Assembly: GCA_963785725.1 (NCBI GenBank)
Contig: CAWAWS010000014.1
Location: 379,511-443,510 of the forward strand
Direction of reading: 5' to 3'
DNA length: 64,000 nt
Source: an uncultured delta proteobacterium
GTDB taxonomy: Bacteria > Myxococcota_A > Polyangia > Palsa-1104
Each line of letters begins with the position of its first letter. Within the stretch, counting starts at the first letter, position 1. A model generated the notes under the pieces. The model did no database searches, was not told where the DNA came from, and saw only the letters and a list, made by a program, of their open reading frames with translations. Below, piece after piece: positions 19,100 to 29,539 of this stretch. The translations under genes and the position numbers were made by a program.

Positions 19100-19853
19100 G
19101 GTCGCGGTCGCGCTCTGTATCCTCAGTGGCGCCAGCATCTCCGTCGCGCGCGCCGATGATGCGCAGGCCAGCCAGCTCATCGAGCGCATGGATCGCGCCG
19201 TCAGCGGCACGGCCAACAAAGTGTGGATCTGCCGCCTGCGCAGCATCGCCGTCGACGGCGACGTGCGCGAAGGCAAGTTCCTCATGTTGCAGAGCGGCAG
19301 CGACAAGCGGCTGTTACGCTTTTTGCAGCCGGCCAACATGCGCAACACGGCGATGCTGACGATGGGCAAAGGCGAGCTCTACGTCTACTTGCCGGCCGAC
19401 AAGCGCGTGCGCCGCCTCGGCACGAGCGCGCTGCATTCGACGTTCTTGGGCGCCGATTTTTACGCCGAGGATTTGGGCGCGGTGAAGCTGCGCGACGAAT
19501 ACGACGGCAAGATCTTGAGCCGCAGCGGCAACGAAGTGCGCCTCGAGCTTACGCCGAAGCATTCGTCGCAGTGGTCGCGCATCGTCGCCGTCGTCGGTGA
19601 CCACGATCTCGTGCCGCGCATGGAGTTCTACGACGCCGCCGGCAAGCTGGCGCGCACGTGGAATCGCACGTACGAGCGGCAGAAGTCGCAGTACGAAGCG
19701 TGGGTGCCGACGCGCATGCTGATGGTCAACGAGCAGACCAAGCACGCCACCGAGCTCGTCGTCGAAGTGGCCGATTCCGATAAGGGCATTCCCGACGATC
19801 TGTTCTCGCTGCGCGCGTTGCAGCGCGGCGACGACCTGCATTACGCGCCGTAG
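19086..19853 (+). CDS. LolA-like outer-membrane lipoprotein-sorting protein
   Basis: Signal peptide; LLRFLQPANMRNTAML, YVYLPADKRVRR, FLGADFYAEDL, DDLFSLRAL. Confidence 0.85.
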   Translation: MWTSRVAVALCILSGASISVARADDAQASQLIERMDRAVSGTANKVWICRLRSIAVDGDVREGKFLMLQSGSDKRLLRFLQPANMRNTAMLTMGKGELYVYLPADKRVRRLGTSALHSTFLGADFYAEDLGAVKLRDEYDGKILSRSGNEVRLELTPKHSSQWSRIVAVVGDHDLVPRMEFYDAAGKLARTWNRTYERQKSQYEAWVPTRMLMVNEQTKHATELVVEVADSDKGIPDDLFSLRALQRGDDLHYAP

Positions 19854-20234
19854 CTATGTCGCGTCGGGCCAGGAGTTGGCGCGCTTTTCCAGCGGACCGC
19901 GCTGCGGCTTGATGATGCAGAAGCGCTGGCCGGTCGGCGCTTCCATCACCCACCAGCGCTTCACGAACGCGATCTTCTTGGCGCCCAACGCTTCCAGCCG
20001 CGTCGCCTCGGCGTCCAAGTCGTCGGCCTCGATGTCGAGGTGCACGCGGCCTTCGTGCGCCACCTTTTGCACGAGCAGGATCGGCTCGTCGTCGTCGTGG
20101 GCGAGCTCGCGATAATTGGGATCGTCCTTGTCCAGGCGCGCCTCGCGGCCGAGCGCCGCCGACCAGAAGCGCGCGGCCGCGTCGAGGTCGCCCGGGCAAT
20201 CGATGACGAAGCTGCTCAATCGGCTCTTGTGCAT
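19854..20234 (-). CDS. VOC/glyoxalase family protein
   Basis: FVIDC, AARFWSAALG, RVHLDIE, WWVMEAPTGQRFCI. Confidence 0.88.
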   Translation of the reverse strand: MHKSRLSSFVIDCPGDLDAAARFWSAALGREARLDKDDPNYRELAHDDDEPILLVQKVAHEGRVHLDIEADDLDAEATRLEALGAKKIAFVKRWWVMEAPTGQRFCIIKPQRGPLEKRANSWPDAT

Positions 20235-20261
20235 GCGGCACTTCCTAAGCACCGTCGAGTG

Positions 20262-20329
20262 AGATTCCGGGGGATGGTGGGCCCGATTTCGCTCGCCGCC
20301 CGCGACTAAGATTCCGGAGGATGGTGGGC
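20262..20329. repeat. 21-bp direct repeat pair in the msrA-VOC intergenic region
   Basis: AGATTCCGG(G/A)GGATGGTGGGC at 20262 and 20309 (20/21 identical). Confidence 0.8.
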
Positions 20330-20402
20330 TCGGCGTAATTTCCCCCGACCGCCCTCCCCACTTATCGCCGTTCGCCGCGCAAAGTTGCGCGTCCCGGCGC
20401 CG

Positions 20403-21050
20403 CTACGCGGTCTTGAGCCCGATCGGGCAGCTGACGCCGGTGCCGCCGATGCCGCAATAGCCGTTGGGATTCTTCGCCAGATACTGCTGGTGATAGTCCT
20501 CGGCGTAATAGAACTCGGGCGCGGCGACGACCTCGGTCGTGATCTTGCCGAACCCCGAGCGCTCTAGCTCCTTTTGATACGCCGCCAGCGACGCCTCGGC
20601 CGCCTGCTTCTGCGCGTCAGAGTGGTAGTAGATCGCGCTGCGGTATTGCGTGCCTTGATCGTTGCCTTGCTGCATGCCCTGCGTCGGGTCGTGCGACTCC
20701 CAGAACACGCGCAACAGCTGATCGTACGCGATCTTCTTGGGATCGTAGACGACGCGCACGACTTCGGCGTGACCGGTCAGGCCGCTGCAGACTTCGCGGT
20801 AGGTCGGGTTGGGCGTGCTGCCGTTTTGGTAGCCGACGGCGGTCGTGTACACGCCCGGCTGCTGCCAGAGCTTGCGCTCGGCGCCCCAGAAGCAGCCGAG
20901 CGCGAAGTCGGCGACTTCGTAACCTTCGGGCCACGGCGGCGACAAGGGCGCGCCGTTGACGAAATGCGTCTTGGGGACGGGCATTTTGTCGGCGCGGCCG
21001 GGCAATGCTTCGGACGGGCTGGGAATGCGCAGCTTCGACGAAAGGGCCAT
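20403..21050 (-). CDS. msrA: Peptide methionine (S)-sulfoxide reductase
   Basis: [46 protein letters not shown]. Confidence 0.97.
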   Translation of the reverse strand: MALSSKLRIPSPSEALPGRADKMPVPKTHFVNGAPLSPPWPEGYEVADFALGCFWGAERKLWQQPGVYTTAVGYQNGSTPNPTYREVCSGLTGHAEVVRVVYDPKKIAYDQLLRVFWESHDPTQGMQQGNDQGTQYRSAIYYHSDAQKQAAEASLAAYQKELERSGFGKITTEVVAAPEFYYAEDYHQQYLAKNPNGYCGIGGTGVSCPIGLKTA

Positions 21051-21072
21051 GGCGAAGAGCTTAAGTCTTCGG

Positions 21073-21735
21073 CTAAAGCGTCGCCAGCCACTCTTTTAGC
21101 GACGGATAGGCGTAATCGGCGCCGGCTTCTTGGAGCGCGTCGAGCGTGTACCAGCCGGTGGCGACGGCGATGGCGGTGGCGCCCGCGGCGTGCGCGGCCG
21201 CGATGTCGCGCGGCGTGTCGCCGATGACGAAGATCTCCTCGCGCGCGAATTTCCGGCCGTCGCCGCGCTCGTGGCCGCGGGCGATGGCGACGCGCACCAG
21301 CTCGGCGCGTTCGTGCGCGTCCGAGCCGTAGCCGCCGAAGCCGAAGCGGTGCCACAAGTCGCCGCGTTGCAGCTTGATGCGCGCGCCGCTCTCCAAATTG
21401 CCCGTCGCCAGGCCGATGATCGCGCGTCGCGACTCGAGGAGGTCGAGCGTCTCGTGCACCGCGGGCTTGACGTGATAAAGGCCGGCCGCGATCTCGCGCT
21501 CCAAGTGCCGCACGTAGACTTCGAATACCTGTGTCATTTCCGCTTCGGTCGGCTCGCGTCCGTGATGATGGTTCACGACGCTCTGCAAGATCAGCCGATC
21601 GGTCATGCCGTCGAGGCGGATGTGATCGAGCGCGCCCACGATGCCGAGCGCGTCGGCGCAGGCTTGGTCGAACGCGCGTCGGCCCGAGCCGTCGCCGCCG
21701 ATGAGCGTGCCGTCGATGTCGAAGAGGTACATCAT
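21073..21735 (-). CDS. HAD family hydrolase
   Basis: [22 protein letters not shown]. Confidence 0.9.
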   Translation of the reverse strand: MMYLFDIDGTLIGGDGSGRRAFDQACADALGIVGALDHIRLDGMTDRLILQSVVNHHHGREPTEAEMTQVFEVYVRHLEREIAAGLYHVKPAVHETLDLLESRRAIIGLATGNLESGARIKLQRGDLWHRFGFGGYGSDAHERAELVRVAIARGHERGDGRKFAREEIFVIGDTPRDIAAAHAAGATAIAVATGWYTLDALQEAGADYAYPSLKEWLATL

Positions 21736-23207
21736 GCGGCACGCGTGGCCAGCTCGCGGAGCAGCGCGATGAGCCCGGGCAGCGCGTCGTCGCCGGCGGC
21801 CAAGCTCTCGGCGCGATAACGCACGCCCCGCTGCGGCCACACGCCGATCCAGCCGCGACACGCGTCGTGCAAGCGGGCGCGCGTGGCGTCGTCGAGCAGC
21901 TGCGCGTTGAGGCCGCGGCGATCGCGGGTGGCGAAGGCGGCGTCGAACTTGGGCTCGCCGGTCTCGATGGCGGTGCCTTCGGCGCGCGGGCCGAGCTTGC
22001 CGGCGTCGCGGCGCTCGAGCGTGAACGGCGGATCGCGCGGCACCCGCTCACCGACGACGACGTCGACGAGCGTCACTTGCCCGGCGGCGCGCGTCAACGT
22101 CACGGCCACCGGCAGCGCCTCCGACGCCGGCGAATGCACGCGCGCCGTCTCGTAGCCGCTGTTGCCGGTCAGCGTCACTTGCGGCGCACCGACGGCAGCA
22201 GCGGCCCGGCGGACGAGGTTTTCGAACGCCTCGCGGGCCATCGGCGGCTCGGTCGGCCGCACCACCGACTCGAGCAGACACAGGAAGCCGAGACCGCTCA
22301 ACGCCATTTGGAACGGCGCTTGGTAGTCGAGTCCGGCCAGACCGTAGAGCAGGAGGCCATAGCCGCGCAGCCGTTCGGGGCCCGTCGACGAAATCAGCGT
22401 CACGACCGTGTAGGCGAAGGCGCCGAACGCCAAGAGGTAGACCAAGATGGCCCACGACTGCATCGGCAGAGCGACACCGAAGCCGTAGGCGGCGACGCGG
22501 GCCGCGGTCTCCCAATCAGCGCGAATGAGCACGGCCGCGGCGCCGACGAGCGCGGCGGCGATGGCGATGCCGAGCCGCCGGCCGTGGCGGCGCGAGGCGA
22601 AGCAGGGCACGGCGATGACCGAGGCCGCCGCCAGCGTCGCTTGCGCCAGCGCTTCGAGCTCGAGCGGCGTCGAGGTCAGCTCGGGCACGGGCGTCAGCCG
22701 GCGGACGAGCCGAGCCGCGAAGTGCAGCGCCGGCGGCAGGAACAGCACGAACGCGCCCAGCCGAAGGCGCCAGGTCGTGCGCGCGGCGATGAGCGTCATC
22801 GTCGCCAACAGGAACATGAAGGCGAAGCTGAGCTGCAGGTCGAAGTAGACGTCGGCGGGCAGCTCGGCCGCGGCGCCCAGCGACGCCATGATGACGCAGA
22901 CGAAGCCGATCATCGTGAACGAGACGCGGGCGCCGATGCGATAGAGCTTCGAGGCCGTGATGCGCGCCAGCGCCGAGCCGAGGATCATGACCGACAAGAT
23001 GGCGGTCAATTCGTAGACGAAGATGCGGCTGTCGATGAAGATGCGGCGGCCGAGCGTCCGCGTCATCAGCGGATCGATCTCGACGAGATGCCCGGCGATG
23101 CGGTTGATGAGGAGCTCGGCGCCTGCCACTACCGCCAGCAATGCGACGAGCGGAAAGCGCGCCCACGTCGCGGCGCGAGAATCGGATGCAGACACTGGAG
23201 AACTCAT
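21732..23207 (-). CDS. Hypothetical multi-pass membrane protein
   Basis: About ten hydrophobic segments plus a soluble C-terminus; ATGA overlap with the HAD gene. Confidence 0.7.
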   Translation of the reverse strand: MSSPVSASDSRAATWARFPLVALLAVVAGAELLINRIAGHLVEIDPLMTRTLGRRIFIDSRIFVYELTAILSVMILGSALARITASKLYRIGARVSFTMIGFVCVIMASLGAAAELPADVYFDLQLSFAFMFLLATMTLIAARTTWRLRLGAFVLFLPPALHFAARLVRRLTPVPELTSTPLELEALAQATLAAASVIAVPCFASRRHGRRLGIAIAAALVGAAAVLIRADWETAARVAAYGFGVALPMQSWAILVYLLAFGAFAYTVVTLISSTGPERLRGYGLLLYGLAGLDYQAPFQMALSGLGFLCLLESVVRPTEPPMAREAFENLVRRAAAAVGAPQVTLTGNSGYETARVHSPASEALPVAVTLTRAAGQVTLVDVVVGERVPRDPPFTLERRDAGKLGPRAEGTAIETGEPKFDAAFATRDRRGLNAQLLDDATRARLHDACRGWIGVWPQRGVRYRAESLAAGDDALPGLIALLRELATRAA

Positions 23208-23263
23208 ATTAGCAGGGAAACTTGCGTGCAAGGATGTAGCCTCATATCCTACATATACCTACT

Positions 23264-24025
23264 ATGCGTCAACTGGTGGCATGGACAATCGTACTGATGC
23301 TGCTCGGGCTGGCCGGCAAGGCGCAAGCCGAGCGGCTCAAGGTCGTCATCGACGCGGGGCACGGCGGATCGAACACCGGCGCGCCGGCGCGCGCGGCCGG
23401 CTCGTACGAAAAGCGCGTGACCTTGGCGGTGGCACGGCGGCTGGCGGTCGATCTGAAGGCGCGCGGCTTCGACGTCGTCATGACGCGCACGCGCGACGAA
23501 TATCTGACCTTGCGCGAGCGGGTGCGGCGGGCGAACGCGGCCAAGCCCGACGTCTTCATCAGCTTGCACACCAACGCATCGGGCGCGAGCGCGCAGCACG
23601 GCATCGAGACGTGGGTGTTGGCGCGCGACGCCGCCGACGTCGAGGCCCGCCGAGCGGCGACGCGCGAGCCCGACGACGTGCAGGCGCTGCTGGCGGAGCT
23701 CAAGCTGCTCGAGGCCCATCGGCAATCGGGAATGCTGGCGCACGCGGTGCAATCGCAGCTGGTGGCGGCGACGGGCGCGCTCGATCGCGGCGTGCGTCAG
23801 TTCGGCTACGACGTGCTGGCAGGCGTAGAAGCGCCGGCGGTGCTGGTGGAGATGGGCTTCTTGGACCATCCCGTCGAAGGCGCGGCGCTGTTCACGACCT
23901 GGCGGCAGCAGCAGATCGCGACGGCGCTGGCGGCGGCCATCGAGGAGTTCGCCGATGCGCTGCACGGCACGCAAAAGCTGGTAATGTCCTCGGCCCATGC
24001 GACCCGACGGACGACGACCCGATGA
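23264..24025 (+). CDS. N-acetylmuramoyl-L-alanine amidase (Amidase_3)
   Basis: Signal peptide; [31 protein letters not shown]. Confidence 0.92.
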   Translation: MRQLVAWTIVLMLLGLAGKAQAERLKVVIDAGHGGSNTGAPARAAGSYEKRVTLAVARRLAVDLKARGFDVVMTRTRDEYLTLRERVRRANAAKPDVFISLHTNASGASAQHGIETWVLARDAADVEARRAATREPDDVQALLAELKLLEAHRQSGMLAHAVQSQLVAATGALDRGVRQFGYDVLAGVEAPAVLVEMGFLDHPVEGAALFTTWRQQQIATALAAAIEEFADALHGTQKLVMSSAHATRRTTTR

Positions 24026-24708
24026 ATTGCGCCCGCTGACCATCACGCCCGACTGGCTCAAGGATCCCGAGGGATCGGCGCTCATCCACGCCGGCAATAC
24101 CTGGGTCATCTGCACGGCTTCCGTCGAGGAGCGGGTGCCACCGTTCTTGAAGGACAGCGGCAAAGGTTGGGTCACGGGCGAGTACGGCATGCTGCCGCGA
24201 TCGACGAACACGCGCAACAACCGTCAGACGGGCGGGCGCGGCAAGGAGATCGAGCGGCTCATCGGTCGCGCGTTGCGCGCGTCGATCGACATGACGAAGC
24301 TCGGGCAGCGGACGATCACGATCGACTGCGACGTGCTTGCAGGCCGACGGTGGCACGCGCACGGCGGCGATCACCGGCGGCTATGTGGCGTTGGCGTTGG
24401 CGTGTCGGCGGCTGGTGAAAAAGGGGCTGCTGAAGAAGTCGCCGTTGATCGCGGAAGTGGCGGCGGTGTCGGTCGGCATCATCGATGGCGAGCCGCGGCT
24501 CGATCTGCCGTACGCGGAGGATTCGATCGCCGGCGTCGACATGAACGTCGTGATGACGGGCGACGGCAAGATCGTCGAGCTGCAGGGCACGGCCGAGCAC
24601 GGCACGTTCGATCGCAAGGAGCTCGACACGCTCGTCGACTTGGCGAGCGGCGGTATCGCGCAGCTGGTGGCGGCGCAGCGCGCGGCGATCGAGGCTGCGA
24701 AGCCGTGA
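23997..24708 (+). CDS. rph: Ribonuclease PH; frameshift near 24340
   Basis: [38 protein letters not shown] then [27 protein letters not shown]. Confidence 0.93.
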
Positions 24709-25307
24709 AGATCGTGTTCGCCAGCGGCAATGCGCACAAGGTCGCCGAGATCGCGGCCATGCTGACGCCGCATGGGTTCGAGGTCGTGCGGTTGGCGTTG
24801 ACCGTCGACGAAGACGCGCCGACGTTCGCGGGCAACGCCGAGAAGAAGGCGCGCGCGGCGTTGGCGCAGACGGGGTTGCCGTCGCTGGCGGACGACAGCG
24901 GGCTGGAAGTGGACGCGCTCGACGGCGCGCCCGGCGTGCGTTCGGCGCGCTACGCGCTGGACGGCAGCGTGGCGATCGCAGGTCCCGTCGACGCGGCGAA
25001 CAATCGCAAGCTGCTGGCGGCGTTGGCCGACGTGCCGGACGAGCGGCGGACGGCGCGGTTCCGCTGCGCGCTGGTGTTCGTCGACGGCGAGGGCACGCGG
25101 CTGGCGAGCGACGGCAGCTGCGAGGGCGCGATCGGGCGCGTCGGGCGTGGCGACGGCGGGTTCGGCTACGATCCGCTGTTCGTGTTGGAGGGCGATGGGC
25201 GGACGATGGCGGAGCTGACGGCGGACGAGAAGAACCGCGTGTCGCATCGGGCGCGCGCGTTGGGCAAGATGGCCGAGCTGCTGCGGCAGCGGTACGGCAC
25301 GCCGTAG
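24705..25307 (+). CDS. rdgB: Non-canonical purine NTP pyrophosphatase (RdgB/HAM1)
   Basis: [52 protein letters not shown] overlap with rph. Confidence 0.95.
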   Translation: MKIVFASGNAHKVAEIAAMLTPHGFEVVRLALTVDEDAPTFAGNAEKKARAALAQTGLPSLADDSGLEVDALDGAPGVRSARYALDGSVAIAGPVDAANNRKLLAALADVPDERRTARFRCALVFVDGEGTRLASDGSCEGAIGRVGRGDGGFGYDPLFVLEGDGRTMAELTADEKNRVSHRARALGKMAELLRQRYGTP

Positions 25308-25327
25308 GCGCGGCTGCCGCTGCCCGT

Positions 25328-25450
25328 GGCCGGTTGCCGACGACGTCGGCTGCCGGCGACGTCGACTGCGGACGACGTCGGTTGCGACGAGGTCGGCTGC
25401 CGGCGAGGTCGGCTGCGGCGGCGTCGGCTGCGGCGAGGTCGGCTGCGGCG
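25328..25450. repeat. Imperfect 15-16-bp tandem repeat, about 7-8 copies
   Basis: Units like GA(C/G)GTCGGCTGC(C)GGC between rdgB and tRNA-Pro. Confidence 0.8.
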
Positions 25451-25563
25451 TGCGTGCGACGATTGGACGCGCCGGTCGAAGCGGCGATCGGCGCCGCACG
25501 CGGGCAAGCGGCGGGGAAAAATTACGTGCAAAAGTCTTCGCTGTAGGCTACTTAGAAGGCTCT

Positions 25564-25640
25564 CGGGGCGTAGCGCAGTCTGGTAGCGCGCCTGGTTTGG
25601 GACCAGGATGCCGCAGGTTCAAATCCTGTCGCCCCGACCA
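25564..25640 (+). tRNA. tRNA-Pro (TGG)
   Basis: Acceptor stem CGGGGCG/CGCCCCG, D-loop TGGTA, anticodon arm CCTGG-TTTGGGA-CCAGG, GGTTCAAATCC T-arm, encoded CCA. Confidence 0.97.
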
Positions 25641-25679
25641 ATTAATTAGACTAATTTCTAAGCAACTTTCTCCACTTCG

Positions 25680-25770
25680 TCAGACGTCCTGGGACGTAGC
25701 TGCAACGGCTGCCGAGCATCGCAATGTTCCGGCGGCCGGCTTGCTATCCTTCGTGCCGCTGATCGCGGCT
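25680..25770 (-). pseudogene. Remnant of a tyrosine-integrase C-terminus
   Basis: Translates RRNIAMLGSRCSYV; DNA is similar to the integrase tail after the second att copy (shared CTGCAACGGC..CCGAGCATCGC). Confidence 0.5.
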
Positions 25771-25844
25771 AAGCTGCCAGCGAGATGCATCTCATTGAAG
25801 TCGCAAGTCGCTGCATATCGATACGAAAGTGCGGATGAGCACGT

Positions 25845-26377
25845 TCACTTGAGGTTGTTATCTATACCGGCCTTCGTATCCGGGTGCAGCCGAATAACCT
25901 CGTCCCGATGCTGACGAACCCAATCGCCATCCACGAACGCGAGCTCCGCAGTAATCTGAGCTGGCTGGCCATTGGGATCCAGCGCCTCCTTTCTCGCCAA
26001 ATCGCGAGCTTCCCCGTCCGTACTGATCAACTTCGCCATGACCCAAAGCAGCCAGAATTCGAGGTCCTTGTCGTCGCCGTTGATGTAGACGCCTTTGAAC
26101 GAGGACGATCGCCTCGGATGAAAGGGAGCACTGCCCTCGTAAGATCCGACTTGGGAGCTGAGTGCAAGAACTGAAGCGCCCTGTATCTCAGCTCGGGATC
26201 TGCATCACCGATTCTTCGGACAATCGCCTCTCCTAGCGCTTGTCCCTGCGGCGTATTCCCAATCCGCTGCCATTCGCGAAGCAGTCCTTCTAGCGGCCCC
26301 GAATCAGTCGACCGCCCGTCGCCGTCCGTTCCAGTCAAGTAGGCTCGGGCCAACTCGTCGATCTGCGCGTCGAGCAT
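25845..26377 (-). CDS. Hypothetical helical protein, putative immunity protein; frameshift near 26100
   Basis: RBS CAGGAG before ATG 26377; MLDAQIDEL...FIRGDR joins FKGVYINGDDKDLEFWLLWVMAKL...; directly downstream of a toxin-like fragment. Confidence 0.55.
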
Positions 26378-26389
26378 GTTTATTGGCTC

Positions 26390-27295
26390 CTGCGTTGTTT
26401 GGTGCCGCCGGGTGCGCACCATCTGCCGGCCCGTTTGCGCTGTCGTGCTTCGGCGCCGCCGGCGCGGTCGGCATCACGAGCGCTCGCTGCTTGAAGTGCT
26501 TGAGCGCCATCGCTTCATGACGGCCTCATAGGTGTTGTTCTTGGTGAGTCCCCAATGCGGATCTTGAGAGTGCTTCCACAGGCGTCGCCCTCCCAGCCCT
26601 GCATCATGCCGTCGAAGGAGGTCGGCTTGAACATCTCGATGCCAGCCGTTTTCAACTCGGCGGGCGGCATATCCAGACGAACTGCGCCATGCGTGTAGTT
26701 CACGTCCTGGTGAATGTAGAGCTGCTCGCGCAGCTTCTCCAGATTCGCTGCGTTGGCCGCAGAGGAGGGGAACCACCAAGTCTCGTCCGCCTTGCCCTTG
26801 AGCACTGCCTCGTTGTTCATGTCACGCGAAGGCTCGAACTTGTTCTCACGCGTTCGCTCGATCAAATCGTCGGCGGTGTTGATGCGATTCGCAGCGACGA
26901 ACGCTCGATTCACGTAGCCATAGTTGAAGATCGAGGGAAGATCGACAACTCGCGAAACACCGTTCGATCCGGCGATGATCTGCTCAGGAACGAGATTTCC
27001 AAGGCAGAGGTATTTCTGTCCGGCCGTCGACACTTCATCCCGCATGGCCTTTGTGAGGTCGCTCGGTCGCGCCTGCGATGAACTGAGGTCGAATCGCCAC
27101 GGCGCGCGGCCGCACTTCGTTCATCAGAGCTTGATACTTCTGCTTGGCGATTCCCGGGTGGCCGCGCAGGCGTCTCCCAGTGTCTCCGCCGCGGGCGCAT
27201 TCGCCCCGGCCGCTCCGCCGGCTTGGCCCTGCGGCTGTGCGGCGTGAGCGCCGTCTTGTGGCTTGCGCTGGATGCGTCCCGCCTGCTGACCTTGA
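26390..27295 (-). pseudogene. 5'-truncated, frameshifted polymorphic-toxin-like gene; boundaries approximate
   Basis: GRIQRK linker then a globular domain with GAVRLD, FKPTSFDG and WGLTKNNTYEAV spread over several frames. Confidence 0.5.
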
Positions 27296-27641
27296 AGAAG
27301 TTCGAAATGCGATTGCGGGCCCACTCTCGATCCCCCAAGACGGCGAATACATGGCGCGCGACTATGTCCTCAAAGGCATGCGCGACTACTGACCGTCGAA
27401 GCGAACGAGTCTGTCACCGGCTATTCCGCGATATCTCGAAGCAAGAATCAGCTCTTGGCGGCCGACTCAATCGTCGACGGCCCACTTGCTCGCAAATTAC
27501 GCTTCGTGCTAACTTTGCTGCAACTTGCCTGTTATTGCGGATACTTATAATCCACGTCACGCAACGAACGAGCTCATTGTCGTTCGGGCGCAGCTAAGAA
27601 ACGCCTCGCCGGGCGCGTATGGTGGCCCTCCCCGAAAGAGA

Positions 27642-28469
27642 GTGCTGCGTTCGTTCATCTTCTTGATCTCCGCGCTGGTGGGGCTCTTGTCGTACGACGC
27701 GAGCGTGTCGGCCAATGAAAGGTCCGAAGCGCGCGAGCACTTCGAGAAGGGTACCAAGGCGTTCGAGCTCGGCGCCTACGACGAGGCCATCGCCGAATAC
27801 TCCGCGGCCTATCGCCTCCGCGACGATCCGGCGTTGCTCTACAACCTCGCCCAGGCGAACCAATCGGGTGGCCACTTGGTCGAGGCGCTCCGTTTCTACC
27901 GGCTCTTTCTCATAAAGGTACCGAACACGCCGAACCGCGCCGAAGTTGAAGACAAGATCGCCGACCTGCAGAAAGCGACAGAACTACAGAAAAGGCCTGC
28001 GGAGGCTGCCCCCCAAGAGCCAAAGCCCTCAGTCACCGTCGCAGCCCCGGAGCCGCCACCTTCCGTCGCGGTGACCGCGTCGCCGCAAGCTTCGCAGGCG
28101 ACAGCACCATCCGACTCCACTGCCACCCGGCCCGGGAACGTGAAGAGGATAGCTGGTATCGTTGTTGGAGTCGTCGGCGTCGGTGCCGTCGTGGGTGGTG
28201 TGGTTTGTGGCGTACTGGCACAAAAAGCGGGCGACAAACTCTCCCAACTCGACCAGTCAAAGCAGACCTTCGACTACAACCAAGAGCGAAACGGCAAAAC
28301 GGACCAGCTTCTCGAGGGAGTTCTTCTCGGAGTGGGCGCGGCAGCGATTGTCGCGGGCACGGTCACATTCATCGTGGGACAGCGCGAAAAGAATCGGTCG
28401 CGTCAGGTCTCTATCGCCCCCATCGCAGGCGCCAATCTCGCGGGTATCCTAGTCAACGGACGGTTCTGA
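27642..28469 (+). CDS. Exported TPR protein with C-terminal Gly-rich hydrophobic helices
   Basis: Signal peptide; AREHFEKG..FELGAYDEAIAEYSAAY, LLYNLAQA; ends ILVNGRF. Confidence 0.85.
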   Translation: MLRSFIFLISALVGLLSYDASVSANERSEAREHFEKGTKAFELGAYDEAIAEYSAAYRLRDDPALLYNLAQANQSGGHLVEALRFYRLFLIKVPNTPNRAEVEDKIADLQKATELQKRPAEAAPQEPKPSVTVAAPEPPPSVAVTASPQASQATAPSDSTATRPGNVKRIAGIVVGVVGVGAVVGGVVCGVLAQKAGDKLSQLDQSKQTFDYNQERNGKTDQLLEGVLLGVGAAAIVAGTVTFIVGQREKNRSRQVSIAPIAGANLAGILVNGRF

Positions 28470-28732
28470 TGCGCTTCCTATTGCTCGGTTCACTGCTCCT
28501 GGCTGCCGGTTGCTTTTCGCCCAAGTACGGGAACGGCGACTTGAAGTGCCAGTCGGGCGCACATCCTTGCCCAGAGGGATTTCAGTGCGCGCCTGACAAC
28601 ACATGCTGGAAGACCGGCTCAGACCTGGGCTCGTCTCATGACATGTCCTCTACTGATATGACGCCTACGGCCGTCGGCAATTGCGTTCTAGACAAAAACC
28701 ATTTAAACGACGGCTGCAGTCTTGCGCCGTGA
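28469..28732 (+). CDS. Small Cys-rich lipoprotein
   Basis: Lipobox LAAG-C, C..G.HPCPEGFQC..DNTCW, DL/DM linker; TGATG coupling to the TPR gene. Confidence 0.75.
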   Translation: MRFLLLGSLLLAAGCFSPKYGNGDLKCQSGAHPCPEGFQCAPDNTCWKTGSDLGSSHDMSSTDMTPTAVGNCVLDKNHLNDGCSLAP

Positions 28733-28739
28733 GGGATCT

Positions 28740-29435
28740 ATGAGTGAGCGAGAGATCGTCGTTCGATTCCGACTCCCAGAATCACCGCGGCAGCGCTGGC
28801 TGTTCGCTATCGTGCTCGTGGTCGTGTGCTTCGGCGCCGCGGTGTACGCAACTGTACCCAACACGTTCGCAGCAGGAGACTTGCTCTCCGCACAAAAGCT
28901 GAACGACAACTTCTCCAATCTCGACGGTCGCATTGCGGCCATCGAGACCGCCTCGGCTCCAGTGCCCTCGGGGACTATCATCGCTTTTGGCGGCACGACC
29001 GCGCCGGCGGGCTATCTGGCCTGCGACGGAGCATCTGTGACCCAGGCGAGCTATCCCGCCTTGTTCGCCGCCATCGGTACAGCGTGGGGCAGCGCCGATG
29101 CAACGCACTTCAACGTGCCGGATCTCCGCGGTCGATTCCCGCGCGGAGATGACCAAGGCGCCGGGGTCGACCCCGACGCAGCCTCGCGTATCGCCTTGGT
29201 CTCCGGCGGAGCAACTGGCAATAACGTCGGTTCGTATCAGCTCGACCAGTTTGCGAGCCACTTCCATACATACAACCGCGCGCCCACTGCGTTCTCTGAG
29301 CAGGTGTCCGGTTCGTCCGTTCTGGGCGGCGCGCAAAGTCCGACCTACGCGCCAGTTGCGGACAAGGTCAATGCAGCAGGTGGCAGCGAGAGCCGCCCGA
29401 AGAATGCGTACGTTCGCTATCTAATTAAGCTCTAG
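28740..29435 (+). CDS. Membrane-anchored or exported phage tail-collar domain protein
   Basis: N-terminal TM, then VPSGTIIAFGG..PAGYLACDG..YPALFAAIGT.WG..FNVPDLRGRFPRG and ESRPKNAYVRYLIK. Confidence 0.9.
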   Translation: MSEREIVVRFRLPESPRQRWLFAIVLVVVCFGAAVYATVPNTFAAGDLLSAQKLNDNFSNLDGRIAAIETASAPVPSGTIIAFGGTTAPAGYLACDGASVTQASYPALFAAIGTAWGSADATHFNVPDLRGRFPRGDDQGAGVDPDAASRIALVSGGATGNNVGSYQLDQFASHFHTYNRAPTAFSEQVSGSSVLGGAQSPTYAPVADKVNAAGGSESRPKNAYVRYLIKL

Positions 29436-29539
29436 TCGACATGCGGGTAGCTCCGCGTCGACTCTGACCGGCTGCTCGCATCCCGAAGACCGATGCTGTC
29501 TTTCCACCACCTCATTCCTTTCTCGCTCGTGATTTAGCC

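Noticed and set aside
20262..20329. Mini-CRISPR (repeat-spacer-repeat)
   Set aside because: Only two 21-bp non-palindromic copies, with no leader or cas genes
20403..21050. Selenocysteine-containing MsrA, suggested by selA nearby
   Set aside because: The active site is GCFWG with a Cys codon; I saw no convincing in-frame TGA read-through in the window
24330..24350. Programmed ribosomal frameshifting in rph or other split genes
   Set aside because: No slippery heptamer or stimulator seen; indels are scattered across unrelated genes
23997..25307. Rph-RdgB fusion protein (436-aa ORF)
   Set aside because: Artefact of the rph frameshift; rdgB has its own GTG overlapping the true rph stop
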